Source: Gammaproteobacteria bacterium (GTDB lineage: Bacteria; Pseudomonadota; Gammaproteobacteria; CBDDKY01). Taken from it: a stretch of DNA of 64,000 bases. A program made the translations under genes and the position numbers. Numbering within the stretch: position 1 is the stretch's first letter; each line of letters opens with the position of its first letter. The DNA lies in assembly GCA_965230455.1 (NCBI GenBank), contig CBDDKY010000003.1, positions 1,439,856 through 1,503,855 of the forward strand. Direction: 5' to 3'. The notes below the pieces were generated by a model that worked only from the letters and a program-made list of their open reading frames with translations, had not been told where the DNA came from and searched no databases. Shown in pieces: positions 40,975 through 51,990 of the stretch.

Positions 40975-42489
40975 GTGAAACGACCGTTATCCAAGTTGGC
41001 TATGGCCGGCTGTATTAGCCTTCTAGCGTTGCCTGCGCTTGCTGCAACACAATCAACCAATACAAAAATACCGCCTCCGTCTTCTACGCTGGCTTCTAGC
41101 CCTAGGACGCCTACCGATGCTGAGAGCGCTAATTTTAAAATGACGCCGCAAGAACGTATTTTTTATCAAAAAGCGGTTGCTCAAGCAGAAGCTGATTTGC
41201 GCAAGAGCATGCAAAAGCAGCTCTCAGCTGAGCAGAAAAAAGAAGCGCAGGATTATTATGTGAACCTTGGTGGTGCCCTGGTAAAAACGTCTCCTTATGT
41301 GGGACAGGAAGCCTCCTTTGATGGCGGTGACTTAATCACTAACTTGCCCTCAGTCGGTAAGAATTTATCTATTTTGAAACAACGCGCTATTGTTGCTAAT
41401 CGCTTGAAAGCAAAAGGTGTCACCTTGCCGAATCATCCACGTTTGGACTTGAGTGGTGATATTGAAATGCAGGCGGCAGCTGGGCACTTATTCAATAGTA
41501 ATAATTGGGGGGATATTAACTTAACCAATGCTGAATTGGATATGGTGATTGAAGGCCCTCAATGGGTGACAGGTTTCATGGATTTTGAGTACGATGATAG
41601 TGTTGGTGACAATGATACACCTAATAATCGTACGGCTAATTCCGACCTTTATGTTGGTCAAGCCTTTATGATCATCGGTGATTTAAATAAAACACCTTTC
41701 TACGTAACGACAGGTCAAATGTATGCACCTTTCGGAGATTATGGCAGCTACGCCGTAACCGATACCACACCGGATATTTTGGGTGAAACCAAAGTGCGTA
41801 GCGTTGAAGGTGGTTACTTTAAGCACGGACTAAACTTGAACGCTTATGGTTATAAGAGTGCAGCGACCAATAATGGAGGAGCGCCCAATGATAACGAAGA
41901 AGGTTGGGGTTTAAATGCTGACTTTAAACATGCTCTAAATGCCAAAGGCACCTTAAATAATGAAGTTGGCGTGAGTTACATCGCAAGTCTTGCCGATTCC
42001 AATGGTATGCAGTTAGGCCCCATTGGTTTCAATGGGATTGGCTATGAAAGCTTGCAAAATAAAGTGCCAGGCTTGGACTTCCGCGATGTATTGGTTAAAG
42101 GGCCTTATGTCTTACAGGGACAAGTGGTAACGGCAACAGAGCATTTTAGTAGCCAAGATGTCGCTATTAATGGCCGAGGTTCTAGGCCGGTAGCGGGACA
42201 CATTGAGGGGGATTATAACTTTAACATTGCCGCTAAGCCGGCTGCTGTTATGATAGGTTATGATCAAACCAGTGAAGCCTTAGCTCTGGCATTACCAAAG
42301 CGTCGTGAAACTCTCGAAATTATCTATTCTTTTTTCCGCGATACAACGACGGCATTAGAATATCGTCATGAGAAAGATTATGGTAGTGATGAAGTGGCGA
42401 CTATGGGTAATGGGACTAGCAGTGGTACGATTACCGGAACGGGTAACACGCAAAACATTGCAACTCTCGAGTTTGATATGTATTTCTAG
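40975..42489 (+). CDS. LbtU-like outer membrane beta-barrel porin
   Basis: Signal peptide, TSPYVG...FDGGDLITN, GDLNKTPFY..GQMYAPFG, C-terminal FDMYF. GTG start preceded by GGAG. Confidence 0.72.
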   Translation: MKRPLSKLAMAGCISLLALPALAATQSTNTKIPPPSSTLASSPRTPTDAESANFKMTPQERIFYQKAVAQAEADLRKSMQKQLSAEQKKEAQDYYVNLGGALVKTSPYVGQEASFDGGDLITNLPSVGKNLSILKQRAIVANRLKAKGVTLPNHPRLDLSGDIEMQAAAGHLFNSNNWGDINLTNAELDMVIEGPQWVTGFMDFEYDDSVGDNDTPNNRTANSDLYVGQAFMIIGDLNKTPFYVTTGQMYAPFGDYGSYAVTDTTPDILGETKVRSVEGGYFKHGLNLNAYGYKSAATNNGGAPNDNEEGWGLNADFKHALNAKGTLNNEVGVSYIASLADSNGMQLGPIGFNGIGYESLQNKVPGLDFRDVLVKGPYVLQGQVVTATEHFSSQDVAINGRGSRPVAGHIEGDYNFNIAAKPAAVMIGYDQTSEALALALPKRRETLEIIYSFFRDTTTALEYRHEKDYGSDEVATMGNGTSSGTITGTGNTQNIATLEFDMYF

Positions 42490-42516
42490 TGATTAGCTAG
42501 AGTTTATAGTAGGATT

Positions 42517-42544
42517 AAGCCTCGCTTTTAGCGGGGCTTTTTTT
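42517..42544. terminator. Intrinsic terminator between convergent genes
   Basis: AAGCCTCGC-TTTTA-GCGGGGCTT followed by a T run. Confidence 0.8.
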
Positions 42545-42574
42545 AGGGAAGTAAGGGTACGTGCGCTAAGTATC

Positions 42575-43207
42575 CTATTGCTCTTTATCTGAATATTCGC
42601 ACAAGTCTTCAATAATACAACTGCCGCAGCGTGGCTTGCGAGCGATACAAGTGTAACGGCCATGTAAGATAAGCCAGTGATGAGCATCCTGTAAAAATGC
42701 TTTAGGAATGACCTTTAGCAGTTTTTTTTCTACCTCAAGAACATTCTTACCCGGGGCTAGGCCAATACGGTTCGAGACGCGGAAGATGTGTGTATCTACT
42801 GCCATGGTGGGTTCGCCAAAAGCGGTATTTAAGACGACATTAGCCGTTTTACGACCCACACCGGGCAGGGATTCTAAGGCTTTGCGTGAGCACGGCACCT
42901 CAGAGTCAAATTCATCGATTAGGCGTTTACAGGTTTTGATAATGTTTTTGGCTTTGGTATTGAATAGTCCGATGGTTTTTATATAGGTTTTGAGCTTTTC
43001 TTCGCCCAGGGTGTAAATTTGTTCAGGTGTATTGGCCTTGGGGTAGAGTTTTTCTGTGGCTTTATTGACGCTGACATCAGTGGCTTGGGCTGAGAGAATA
43101 ACTGCTATTAATAGCTCAAAAGTTGTGTTATAGCGTAATTCTGTAGTGGGTTTGGGGTTGTTTTGTTGAAAGCGTTGGAAGAGGTTGATACGTTTTGCTT
43201 GATTCAT
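42575..43207 (-). CDS. nth: Endonuclease III
   Basis: LSAQATD, HhH motif [10 protein letters not shown], Cys cluster C-x6-C-x2-C-x5-C. Confidence 0.97.
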   Translation of the reverse strand: MNQAKRINLFQRFQQNNPKPTTELRYNTTFELLIAVILSAQATDVSVNKATEKLYPKANTPEQIYTLGEEKLKTYIKTIGLFNTKAKNIIKTCKRLIDEFDSEVPCSRKALESLPGVGRKTANVVLNTAFGEPTMAVDTHIFRVSNRIGLAPGKNVLEVEKKLLKVIPKAFLQDAHHWLILHGRYTCIARKPRCGSCIIEDLCEYSDKEQ

Positions 43208-43845
43208 GGCTTAAAGTCTCTCGGCTTTTTTTTGCGTGCGATGGCTTCGGCGATGCGTTGTTTGCGTGCAGCTAATGTGTCTTGTTGAGAGGTGGCATCT
43301 TGTGCATTGGGCGCTTTGGCCTCATGATAACGGCGAGTTTTTTCTTGTTCTAGAGAAAGCAGGCGGGCACTGCGTTGCTGATATTGAGTTTTTGCTTTTT
43401 GTTGGTCTGCTCGCGTCCAAGGTTTATCCAGGGGGCGTGTATCAATGCAATCCACAGGACAGGGAGAAATGCAAAGCTCACAGCCAGTACAGTCTGTTTC
43501 AATAATAGTATGCATCCATTTACCCGTGCCGACAATGGCATCCACCGGGCAGGCTTGAATACATTTAGTGCAGCCAATACACTCATCTTCACGGATGACC
43601 ATCACCTGGCGAGGCTTGGTTTTTGTCGCCATTTCTTCCATGAAAGGGTTGGGGTCTTTATTCAGTACATGCGCAATAGCTTTCAAGGTATCAACACCAC
43701 CAGGAAGGCAAAGGTCTATAGGAGCATTTTCATGCACGAGGGCTGTAGCGTAAGGACGACAGCCTTCATAGCCACAGTCTCGGCATTGGGTCTGTGGCAG
43801 TAGGGCATCTAATTTATCTAGGCGTTGTTGTTTTGGGTTAGGCAT
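43204..43845 (-). CDS. rnfB: RnfB/RsxB-like ferredoxin
   Basis: [18 protein letters not shown] and two CxxCxxCxxxCP motifs; adjacent to nth. Confidence 0.88.
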   Translation of the reverse strand: MPNPKQQRLDKLDALLPQTQCRDCGYEGCRPYATALVHENAPIDLCLPGGVDTLKAIAHVLNKDPNPFMEEMATKTKPRQVMVIREDECIGCTKCIQACPVDAIVGTGKWMHTIIETDCTGCELCISPCPVDCIDTRPLDKPWTRADQQKAKTQYQQRSARLLSLEQEKTRRYHEAKAPNAQDATSQQDTLAARKQRIAEAIARKKKPRDFKP

Positions 43846-45493
43846 GCGTTGCTTTTGCCTCTTCTTGCAAGGCTTCTAAGCTTTCAGGCTGAATACGTTG
43901 TCCTAACGGCGTGAATGGCTTAATGTTGTGGCTTAAAAGTGGTTGTTGGCTATGCATCCACTGTAGTGGCTCAATATTCAAGAAGCGTTCAATTTTTTCG
44001 ACCATGTGTGGCAAAATAGGTTTCAAATAAATGGACAATAGGCGAAATAAGTTCAAGCCTTGCGTGCAAATACGTTGTACGGCGCTCTTTTTGCCTTCGA
44101 GCTTAATCAGTTTCCAAGGTTCTTTTTGTGCGATGTATTGGTTGGCTAAATCCGCCAGTTCCATAATTTGGCGCACGGCAGGATTGAATTCCCGTTGCTC
44201 ATAGCGTTGAGCAATGTTATGGCTTGCTGTCATGAATTGTGTCATCAAGGCTTCATCGTCCAGGCTATCCGCTAATTGCCCATCAAAGTGTTTATGAATA
44301 AAACCTGCACAACGGCTGGCGATATTAATGAATTTACCAACTAAATCAGAATTAATACGCTGACTAAAATCCTCAAGATTTAAATCTAAATCATCAATAC
44401 GATCAGAAAGTTTGGTGGCATAATAATAGCGCAAATACTCAGGGTCTAAGTGGTTTAAATAAGTTTGCGCTTTGATGAAGGTGCCACGGGATTTCGACAT
44501 TTTTTGACCATTAACGGTGAGAAAACCATGAGCGATAATAGCTGTCGGGGTGCGAAAATCAGCACCGTCGAGCATAGCTGGCCAAAACAGTGAATGAAAA
44601 TAAACGATATCTTTACCAATAAAGTGATAAAGCTCGGCATCACTGTCTTTACGCCAGAAATGTTCAAAATCCACGTCGGGGTTTTGTTTACAAAACTGTT
44701 TAAAACTTGCCATATAGCCGATGGGGGCATCTAGCCATACGTAAAAGTACTTATTAGGTTCGCCTGGAATTTCAAAACCAAAATAAGGTGCATCGCGGGA
44801 AATATCCCAACGTTTTAAACCGGCCTCGAACCATTCTAATAGTTTATTACGGATTTCAGGTTGTAGCTTGTCGCTTTGGGTCCAGTTGGTAAGCATCTCC
44901 TGGTAGTTATCGAGATTAAAGAAAAAGTGCTTAGAGTCTTTTTGGATGGGCGTGGCGCCGGAAAGCGCTGAAACGGGGTCAATCAGATCAGTAGGGGCAT
45001 AGGTAGCACCACAGCTGTCACAATTGTCGCCGTACTGGCCGGGGCTTTTGCAGCGTGGGCAGCTGCCTTTTACAAATCTATCGGGTAAAAAAAGTTCTTT
45101 CTCCGGGTCAAAGGCTTGGCTGATAGTAGCTGTACTGATGTCGCCCTTGGCTTTTAAGCGCTCGTAAATAAGCGTAGCTAGGGTTTTATTTTCTTCGGAG
45201 TGTGTCGTATAAAAGTTATCAAAGGCGATGTGAAAAGCACTAAAGTCGCGCTGATGATTGGTACGCACTTTTTCTACCAGGGCTTCTGGCGTGATGTTTT
45301 CCTGTTGCGCCCTTAGCATGATAGGAGTGCCATGGGCATCGCTGCCACAAATATAATAGCAGTGCTGGCCGGACATTTTTTGAAAGCGAACCCAGATGTC
45401 GGCTTGGATATATTCAACCAAGTGCCCCAAATGAATATCGCCATTGGCGTAAGGAAGGGCTGCGGTGACGAGAATGTGGCGAGTTTGGGTCAT
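43838..45493 (-). CDS. metG: Methionyl-tRNA synthetase (short form, no C-terminal tRNA-binding domain)
   Basis: [11 protein letters not shown], zinc knuckle, KMSKS; 551 aa. Confidence 0.97.
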   Translation of the reverse strand: MTQTRHILVTAALPYANGDIHLGHLVEYIQADIWVRFQKMSGQHCYYICGSDAHGTPIMLRAQQENITPEALVEKVRTNHQRDFSAFHIAFDNFYTTHSEENKTLATLIYERLKAKGDISTATISQAFDPEKELFLPDRFVKGSCPRCKSPGQYGDNCDSCGATYAPTDLIDPVSALSGATPIQKDSKHFFFNLDNYQEMLTNWTQSDKLQPEIRNKLLEWFEAGLKRWDISRDAPYFGFEIPGEPNKYFYVWLDAPIGYMASFKQFCKQNPDVDFEHFWRKDSDAELYHFIGKDIVYFHSLFWPAMLDGADFRTPTAIIAHGFLTVNGQKMSKSRGTFIKAQTYLNHLDPEYLRYYYATKLSDRIDDLDLNLEDFSQRINSDLVGKFINIASRCAGFIHKHFDGQLADSLDDEALMTQFMTASHNIAQRYEQREFNPAVRQIMELADLANQYIAQKEPWKLIKLEGKKSAVQRICTQGLNLFRLLSIYLKPILPHMVEKIERFLNIEPLQWMHSQQPLLSHNIKPFTPLGQRIQPESLEALQEEAKATHA

Positions 45494-45561
45494 ATGTTCT
45501 TTATGGGTTCATTAGGTTACAATAGGGTATTATTATACGCATTTACCCTCCATAGACCAAG

Positions 45562-46629
45562 ATGAGCAGGCAAGCTATTGAACAAAAATTAAGACAGAGC
45601 ACGCTTTTAGGGATGTCCCAGGACTTATCCAGTTTGAATGCTATTAAGGCGTTGGAATGGCAAGAGGACAGACTTCGAGTGTCACTGGTCTTTCCTTTTT
45701 CTATAAAAGGTTTAACCCATGAGATTCAAACTAGTATTCAGGCCTTGCTGCCTGATGTGCAGCTTGAATGTGATATCAGTGGATCTAATAAGGCGCGTGC
45801 AGTGCAGGGTGGGCTAAAAAGACTGCCCCAAGTCAAAAATATGCTAGCGGTGGCATCGGCCAAGGGTGGGGTGGGTAAGTCTACCACTGCTTTGAATCTA
45901 GCTATGGCACTCAAAGACTTAGGTGCTAATGTAGGCATTTTAGATGCTGATATTTATGGTCCTAGTCAGCCTTGTTTACTGGGTTCTGCAACTCAAAAGG
46001 CGCAAAGTCTGCAAGAAAATGCGGTGGAGCCTGTGATGAGTCATGGTTTGCAGACCATGTCCATTGGCTATCTCATTGATGAAAAATCAGCCATGGTATG
46101 GCGTGGGCCCATGGTAATTCGCGCATTGCAACAATTATTGTTACAAACCCAGTGGCATGAGCTTGATTACCTCATTTTAGATTTGCCACCAGGTACGGGT
46201 GATGTGCAGATTACCTTAGCACAGAAGATTCCAGTAAGTGGAGCCATTGTTGTCACAACGCCACAGGATCTTGCCTTGCTGGATGCCCAACGTGGTATTG
46301 AAATGTTTAATAAAGTTGGCGTGCCCGTGCTGGGTGTTGTGGAAAATATGTCTGTGCATGTATGTTCGCAATGTGGGCATCATGAAGCAATTTTTGGAGA
46401 GGGTGGCGCACAGCGCTTGGCTGCAGACTATCAGGTGCCTTTGTTAGCGAAACTGCCTTTGGATAGCCGTATTCGTACGTGTGCGGATAACGGTGAGCCT
46501 TTGAGTATTTCTTCGCCAGATAGTGAGCTTTTATTGCTTTATAAACACATGGCTCTTGGGATTTTGGGTGAATTATCACAGAAACCCTTGGACTACTCAG
46601 CAAAATTTCCTAAAATAGTCACAGAATAA
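45562..46629 (+). CDS. apbC: Fe-S cluster carrier ApbC/Mrp
   Basis: KGGVGKST, WRGPM, DLPPGTGD, ENMS..CxxC. Confidence 0.95.
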   Translation: MSRQAIEQKLRQSTLLGMSQDLSSLNAIKALEWQEDRLRVSLVFPFSIKGLTHEIQTSIQALLPDVQLECDISGSNKARAVQGGLKRLPQVKNMLAVASAKGGVGKSTTALNLAMALKDLGANVGILDADIYGPSQPCLLGSATQKAQSLQENAVEPVMSHGLQTMSIGYLIDEKSAMVWRGPMVIRALQQLLLQTQWHELDYLILDLPPGTGDVQITLAQKIPVSGAIVVTTPQDLALLDAQRGIEMFNKVGVPVLGVVENMSVHVCSQCGHHEAIFGEGGAQRLAADYQVPLLAKLPLDSRIRTCADNGEPLSISSPDSELLLLYKHMALGILGELSQKPLDYSAKFPKIVTE

Positions 46630-46630
46630 T

Positions 46631-46724
46631 CAGCAATTCCCGCTAGCTTTAAATAACCATAAATATCAACAGGTTACAAGAAGCTTGGTAAATGTTTTTC
46701 GCAATCATCTTGCGGGAATGGCTG
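46631..46724. mobile_element. 94-bp MITE family E with a 9-bp target duplication
   Basis: CAGCAATTCCCGC ... GCGGGAATGGCTG, flanked by direct repeats CAGAATAAT (46622-46630 and 46725-46733). Confidence 0.88.
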
Positions 46725-46761
46725 CAGAATAATTAACTTGATGATAGGGTGAAGAATAGTA

Positions 46762-47328
46762 ATGAGCATAAAATCTGATGCATGGATACAACACATGGCT
46801 CAAGACCATGGCATGATTGAGCCTTTTGAGGCAGAACAGGTAAGAAACAGTCCACAAGGCAAAGCCATTTCTTACGGTACGTCCAGTTATGGCTATGACG
46901 TGCGTTGTTCCAATGAATTTAAAATTTTTACCAACATCAACTCTGCCATTGTTGATCCTAAGAATTTTGATGAGCGTAGTTTCGTAGATGTAGAATCGGA
47001 TGTTTGTATTATTCCACCCAATTCCTTTGCGTTAGCAAGGACTATCGAATATTTTCGAATACCGCGCAATGTATTAACCGTGTGTCTTGGTAAGTCAACC
47101 TATGCTCGTTGTGGCATTATTGTTAACGTAACGCCTTTAGAGCCAGAATGGGAAGGGCATGTTACCTTAGAGTTTTCTAATACCACCTCTTTGCCGGCTA
47201 AGATTTATGCTAATGAGGGTGTGGCTCAAATGCTATTTTTTGAATCCGATGAAAGTTGTAAGGTGTCTTATGCTGATAGAAAAGGTAAATACCAGGGGCA
47301 ACAGGGTGTGACATTGCCCAAGGCGTGA
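46762..47328 (+). CDS. dcd: dCTP deaminase
   Basis: [33 protein letters not shown]. Confidence 0.96.
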   Translation: MSIKSDAWIQHMAQDHGMIEPFEAEQVRNSPQGKAISYGTSSYGYDVRCSNEFKIFTNINSAIVDPKNFDERSFVDVESDVCIIPPNSFALARTIEYFRIPRNVLTVCLGKSTYARCGIIVNVTPLEPEWEGHVTLEFSNTTSLPAKIYANEGVAQMLFFESDESCKVSYADRKGKYQGQQGVTLPKA

Positions 47329-47369
47329 TCTGAATTGTTTGTGCTCAGGCGTTCTGCCTGAGCATAGGT

Positions 47370-48416
47370 TTACTTATCCACACTTTGCCAAAATAAGTCA
47401 TAAACAGCTTCTTTATTGACAGCAACCACAACGTCACTAGGGGCACCGTTTTTGTCGATGGCAAGCGTTCCCAGCGTGTTGGTTCCTAGGGTTGTTTCTA
47501 CGCGTAGTTTTGTGTGTTTAATTTGGCTAGTCTCACTTAAATTTAAACCAATGATAGCAGCGGCTAAATCCCATAGTCGGAAAGAGGCACTGCCTCCCAT
47601 GACATCGGTGGTATTTAAAATAGCAACAGCGAGCTTGGCCTCAGGTGTCTTGGCCGTTTTTTGATAGTGCTTGAAGCGTTTCACAGTAATGGGAAATGCG
47701 CTGCTAATGTTAGTGGGAATAATGACACGATGAACGGGCGCATTAAATACGATAGCATCGGCCGTGGGGTCAATGAACATATTCCACTCTGCTGTTGTAT
47801 TGGTGGTTTTATAGTAGCCTGGAATATTTAGATTACCAGGTTGACCCACTGCACCGCCACTGATGTAAATTGTGCCGATATTTTTGCTGATTTGGGGGTG
47901 ATAAATCATAGCCGTGGCGATATTGGTTAGTGGGCCTAGAGTGATGATGTCCACAGGGGTATTAGCTTTATAGATAGTATCGGTAATAAGCCGGGTGGCT
48001 GATTTTTGTAAGTGTCCATCAGTAGGCAAAGGATAAGACAGTCCATTAAAGTTATTGGCCAACTGCCGGATAAACTGAGGAAAGACTTGTTGGCCTAAGA
48101 GTGGCTTTTCTTTGCCACAGGCCGTGGGGATATCGGTTCTGTGGGCAACATTGAGTATCTTTAATAAGTTCAGCATGCCATGATAGCAATTGGTTTCACC
48201 CGTTCCAGAAATAGTAATGGCTCTGACATCTACGTTGGGCTCTTTTAATAAATAGAGGAGAGCTAGCCAATCATCGCCGCCCATGTCTGTATCAACAATA
48301 ACAGGTCTTGGTGGCGGGGCTGCTTGTGTTGCAAAACTGGGAGCACTAAAAATAGTGATGAATGCTAATAGCAGCAGTTGTAAGAATAGGGGGCGTGGGT
48401 ACTTGGCGCGCAGCAT
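47370..48416 (-). CDS. Secreted/periplasmic nucleoside hydrolase (IU-NH family)
   Basis: Signal peptide, DTDMGGDD, LGPLTN, AEWNMFIDP, LWD. Start uncertain. Confidence 0.85.
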   Translation of the reverse strand: MLRAKYPRPLFLQLLLLAFITIFSAPSFATQAAPPPRPVIVDTDMGGDDWLALLYLLKEPNVDVRAITISGTGETNCYHGMLNLLKILNVAHRTDIPTACGKEKPLLGQQVFPQFIRQLANNFNGLSYPLPTDGHLQKSATRLITDTIYKANTPVDIITLGPLTNIATAMIYHPQISKNIGTIYISGGAVGQPGNLNIPGYYKTTNTTAEWNMFIDPTADAIVFNAPVHRVIIPTNISSAFPITVKRFKHYQKTAKTPEAKLAVAILNTTDVMGGSASFRLWDLAAAIIGLNLSETSQIKHTKLRVETTLGTNTLGTLAIDKNGAPSDVVVAVNKEAVYDLFWQSVDK

Positions 48417-48570
48417 AAGAGCCATCTCCAATATATAATTAGGTGTAGAGGATTCTGAGAGAGCTCATCTGCTCAAGCACGCTAAACATAAAAGCTCATT
48501 TCAAGCAGCCGAAATTCTAGCATTAGTTTTATAAAAGATGCTAGCAATTTTTGCAGAATTATTTTACATT

Positions 48571-48751
48571 ATCCTAAAATCCTCAGTTGAAATCGTCGCG
48601 AGGCCGACTTAGTTGCTGAAGATAAAGGATTTTTCTCGATATTTTTTGTGAAAGCGTATCACCCATACGGTGAATAAAAAATATCGAGAAAAATCCTTTA
48701 GATTCGGTGAGTTAGGCGGCCGCAGTAGATTTCAACTGAGGATTTTAGGAT
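48571..48751. mobile_element. MITE family H, copy 1
   Basis: ATCCTAAAATCCTCAGTTGAAATC ... GATTTCAACTGAGGATTTTAGGAT with a long internal hairpin; homolog at 62228-62407. Confidence 0.88.
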
Positions 48752-48783
48752 TATCTTTACCTCTCGTAACCAAGGACGTTGTG

Positions 48784-49020
48784 ATGCCAAAGCAAACCGT
48801 CATTATCAATAACAAAAAAATGGCTTATGAAGACTTTAGGGTCATTACAAGTGCCGCGTTTGGTTGTTGTAGGAGCCGAAGATATACCACGGCCACCCCA
48901 TGAGTCCCATGAAATGGCAAAATTAATGGGTTGCGCGTGTGTTGAAGTGCTGGATGCAGGTCACATTGCTAATTTAGAGTAGCCGGAATTCGTTTTGAAA
49001 ATATTGCAGGATTTTCTATC
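48784..49020 (+). pseudogene. Alpha/beta hydrolase remnant (internal deletion and nonsense codon)
   Basis: MPKQTVIINNKKMAYEDF joined out of frame to LQVPRLVVVGAEDIPRPP...LDAGHIANLE*PEFV (acid and His motifs). Confidence 0.7.
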
Positions 49021-50083
49021 AGACTGTTCGCTTTAAGTGTTGCTGTTTTATAGCCCAATTAATATGCTCTCTGACTAGGATTGAGGTGTGATTTTTTTTA
49101 GCTTCTAATGCCTTGAGAATTTCTACAGAAAAGGGGGCGTTGCCCAAGGCTATAGCGATGTTACGTAACCACATGAGGTGTCCAATACGTCGAATGGCTG
49201 ATCCTTGTGTTTTCTCTAGAAAGGTGGCTTCATTCCAGGCGAAGAGGGTCAGCAGGTCACTATCATTAAGCTTATGGCGTGGGTGAAAATCTCCTGAGGT
49301 ATCAGGCTTGGCGAATTTATTCCAGGGACAAAAGAGTTGACAGTCATCGCAGCCATAGATACGATTTCCAATTAATGGTCTGAGTTTTTCAGGGATGCTT
49401 CCTCGTAACTCAATGGTCAAGTAAGAAATACACAGACTGGCATCTAATTGGTAAGGTGCAACAATGGCGTTGGTGGGGCAAACGTCTAAGCAAACGCGGC
49501 ATGAGCCGCAGTGGCTGTTTATTTGTGGTTCATCCGTCAGCAAATCCAAATCAGTAAAGAGTGCGCCGAGAAAAAACCAGGAGCCCGCCTTGCTATTAAT
49601 TAAGCAGGTGTTTTTGCCAATCCAACCAAGCCCTGCTTTCTCGGCCAATGGTTTTTCCATAACGGGAGCACTGTCGGTAAAGGCACGGTAATGGAAAGCA
49701 CCTTGGTGGGCGGCTATTTTCTCTGCTAGCTGCTGTAATTTTTTGCGAATAATTTTATGGTAGTCACGTCCCTGGGCATAGAGGGAAATGTAGGCTTGGT
49801 CAGGTTGCTTGAGCTGTGCCTTCGCATTGTTTTGTGGAGGCAAATAGTCAAGGCACACCATGATGATGCTTTTAGTTTTAGGGAGTAAAGTTTTTGGGCG
49901 CGAGCGTCGTGTACCATAGCGCGCCATATAATCCATACCGCCATGAAAGCCTTTTTGTAACCAGCGAAATAGTTCAGGCTCGTAGTTCTCTAATTGCGTA
50001 TCGGTGATAGCAATGGCGTCAAAGCCTAAGGCTTGGCCCCAGGTTTTGATGTGCGCGGATAAAATATCAGAAGAAAGTGTCAT
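49019..50083 (-). CDS. queG: Epoxyqueuosine reductase
   Basis: YAQGRDYH, DSAPVMEK, GWIGKN, CGSCRVCLDVCPT, GCDDCQLFCPWN. Confidence 0.95.
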   Translation of the reverse strand: MTLSSDILSAHIKTWGQALGFDAIAITDTQLENYEPELFRWLQKGFHGGMDYMARYGTRRSRPKTLLPKTKSIIMVCLDYLPPQNNAKAQLKQPDQAYISLYAQGRDYHKIIRKKLQQLAEKIAAHQGAFHYRAFTDSAPVMEKPLAEKAGLGWIGKNTCLINSKAGSWFFLGALFTDLDLLTDEPQINSHCGSCRVCLDVCPTNAIVAPYQLDASLCISYLTIELRGSIPEKLRPLIGNRIYGCDDCQLFCPWNKFAKPDTSGDFHPRHKLNDSDLLTLFAWNEATFLEKTQGSAIRRIGHLMWLRNIAIALGNAPFSVEILKALEAKKNHTSILVREHINWAIKQQHLKRTV

Positions 50084-50214
50084 GGGGGTAAATTCTAACA
50101 ACAGGGAGTTGTAAGTATATAAAAAATCCAGCAATTTTTCGACGTTTGTATTTGCATTTGTATGACAACACGCTAAAATGGAATCTATGGTCAGTTTGAG
50201 AGAAAGGATAAACA

Positions 50215-50682
50215 GTGAAAGTTAACATTGGTATTGAGGAAGCAGCGCGCAAAAATATCGCTGATGGTTTGATTCGTGTTTTGGCTGATTCTTACACGCT
50301 ATATCTAAAAACCCACAACTTTCATTGGAATGTGACAGGCCCTCAATTTACGTCACTGCATACTTTATTTGAAGAACACTATACTGAACTTGCATCAGCC
50401 GTAGACGAAATTGCAGAGCGTATTCGCGCCTTGGGTTTCCCCGCACCTGGAAGCTATGCTTGTTACAGTAAATTAACTAATATCGCAGATGAAACAGGCG
50501 TACCCAGCGCAAATGCAATGATTGAGCAATTGGTTTCTGGTCACGAGACTATTATCCAAACGGCACGCTCATTGTTTCCATTGGTTGATGAGGCACAAGA
50601 TGAGGTGACTGCTGACTTGTTGACACAGCGTCTCCAGGTGCACGAAAAAACTGCTTGGATGCTAAGAAGCCTGCTCGGCTGA
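50215..50682 (+). CDS. dps: DNA-binding ferritin-like protein Dps
   Basis: [27 protein letters not shown]. Confidence 0.95.
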   Translation: MKVNIGIEEAARKNIADGLIRVLADSYTLYLKTHNFHWNVTGPQFTSLHTLFEEHYTELASAVDEIAERIRALGFPAPGSYACYSKLTNIADETGVPSANAMIEQLVSGHETIIQTARSLFPLVDEAQDEVTADLLTQRLQVHEKTAWMLRSLLG

Positions 50683-50747
50683 TAGTTTCTTGTCTTTACA
50701 ATAGACTCTCAGCGCTTAGCGAAAGAGTATCATTTAACTATACAAGG

Positions 50748-51878
50748 ATGAATATGGCTAGGTTACCTGAAGAAGGACGTCCATCAGAACCAACGTCTCA
50801 AATCGACATTATCGCCTCTGATAATCTTATGTCATGGATGCTAGAAGAGCGTATAAGCTTTGCTTTTACGGTTCACCCGTTAGGGAAGCTTTTTTTTGTA
50901 GGGCTCTCGCCAGAAGGTGGTTTGTCTATTTTTGAACGGACATTCGAAGGCTGTACCGGCCTATGTGTTGATGACCAGCGTTTATACCTTGCCTCTGCTT
51001 ATCAGATATGGCGATTTGATAATGCGTTAGAGCCAGGCCAATTGCAACAGGGTTATGATCGCCTTTATGTGCCTCAATTAGCCTATACCACTGGCAGCTT
51101 AAGTGTTCGGGATATTGCTTTGGACGATAAAGGTGAAATTGTTTTTGTGAACAGTTTATTTAGTTGTCTATCAAAACTGAGTGACTCGCACAGTTTTTCG
51201 CTTCACTGGCAGCCACCTTTCATTTCGCAGCTAGCGCCAGAAGACCGTTGTCATCTAACGGGGCTTGCCTTGGATGAGCAACAAAAACCCAAATATGTAA
51301 CAGCCTTTAGCCAAACTGATAAAGCCATGGGGTGGAAAGAAGAGCGCGAATTTGGTGGTGTGCTTTTTGATGTTCAAGAAAATATGCCAGTCGTTGAAGG
51401 CTTATCTTTGCCGCACGCTCCTCGTATTTATCAAGATAAAGTTTGGTTGTTGAACAGTGGCACGGGGGAGTTCGGCTATGTTGACATCAAGCGAGGAAAA
51501 TTTGAACCAGTGGTTTTTTGTCCTGGGTATTTGCGTGGTTTGACGTTTTCGGGAGACTATGCCGTTGTTACTTTATCTCACGAGCCTGAAGATGGTTTGT
51601 TTGATGGCTTGCCATTACAAAATAGTTTAAAAGAAAATAACCAGATAACAAGCTGTGGTTTAGCTGTTATTCATTTAAAGACCGGCGAAATAGCTCATCG
51701 TTTAACGCTGGATGGGATTGTAAGAGGGTTATACGATGTAGCTATCTTATCAGATATTCAACGTCCCATGGCTTTGGGCTTGAAAACTGATGAGATTTAT
51801 CGTACCTTAACCATAGCGCCGTCTATCGACGAGCAGGGTGACGCTTCGCATACAAATGAGGATGTTTTTGTCGGTTGA
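50748..51878 (+). CDS. TIGR03032 (DUF4915) family protein
   Basis: FERTF, YDRLYVP, VNSLFSCL, WQPPFIS..APEDRCHL.G, GLSLPH.PR, FCPGYLRGL. Confidence 0.85.
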   Translation: MNMARLPEEGRPSEPTSQIDIIASDNLMSWMLEERISFAFTVHPLGKLFFVGLSPEGGLSIFERTFEGCTGLCVDDQRLYLASAYQIWRFDNALEPGQLQQGYDRLYVPQLAYTTGSLSVRDIALDDKGEIVFVNSLFSCLSKLSDSHSFSLHWQPPFISQLAPEDRCHLTGLALDEQQKPKYVTAFSQTDKAMGWKEEREFGGVLFDVQENMPVVEGLSLPHAPRIYQDKVWLLNSGTGEFGYVDIKRGKFEPVVFCPGYLRGLTFSGDYAVVTLSHEPEDGLFDGLPLQNSLKENNQITSCGLAVIHLKTGEIAHRLTLDGIVRGLYDVAILSDIQRPMALGLKTDEIYRTLTIAPSIDEQGDASHTNEDVFVG

Positions 51879-51990
51879 TGCGTTTTATGGCTTACTTATA
51901 AGCATCGATATTGTCAGAGATGGGCTTTCCCCTTTAGGCGAAACTGCTTTTCGATTCATTATTAAACAAACACAAGGAATGGTATATTCT

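Noticed and set aside
48670-48903. 77-aa ORF
   Set aside because: Chimera of MITE sequence and the hydrolase pseudogene.
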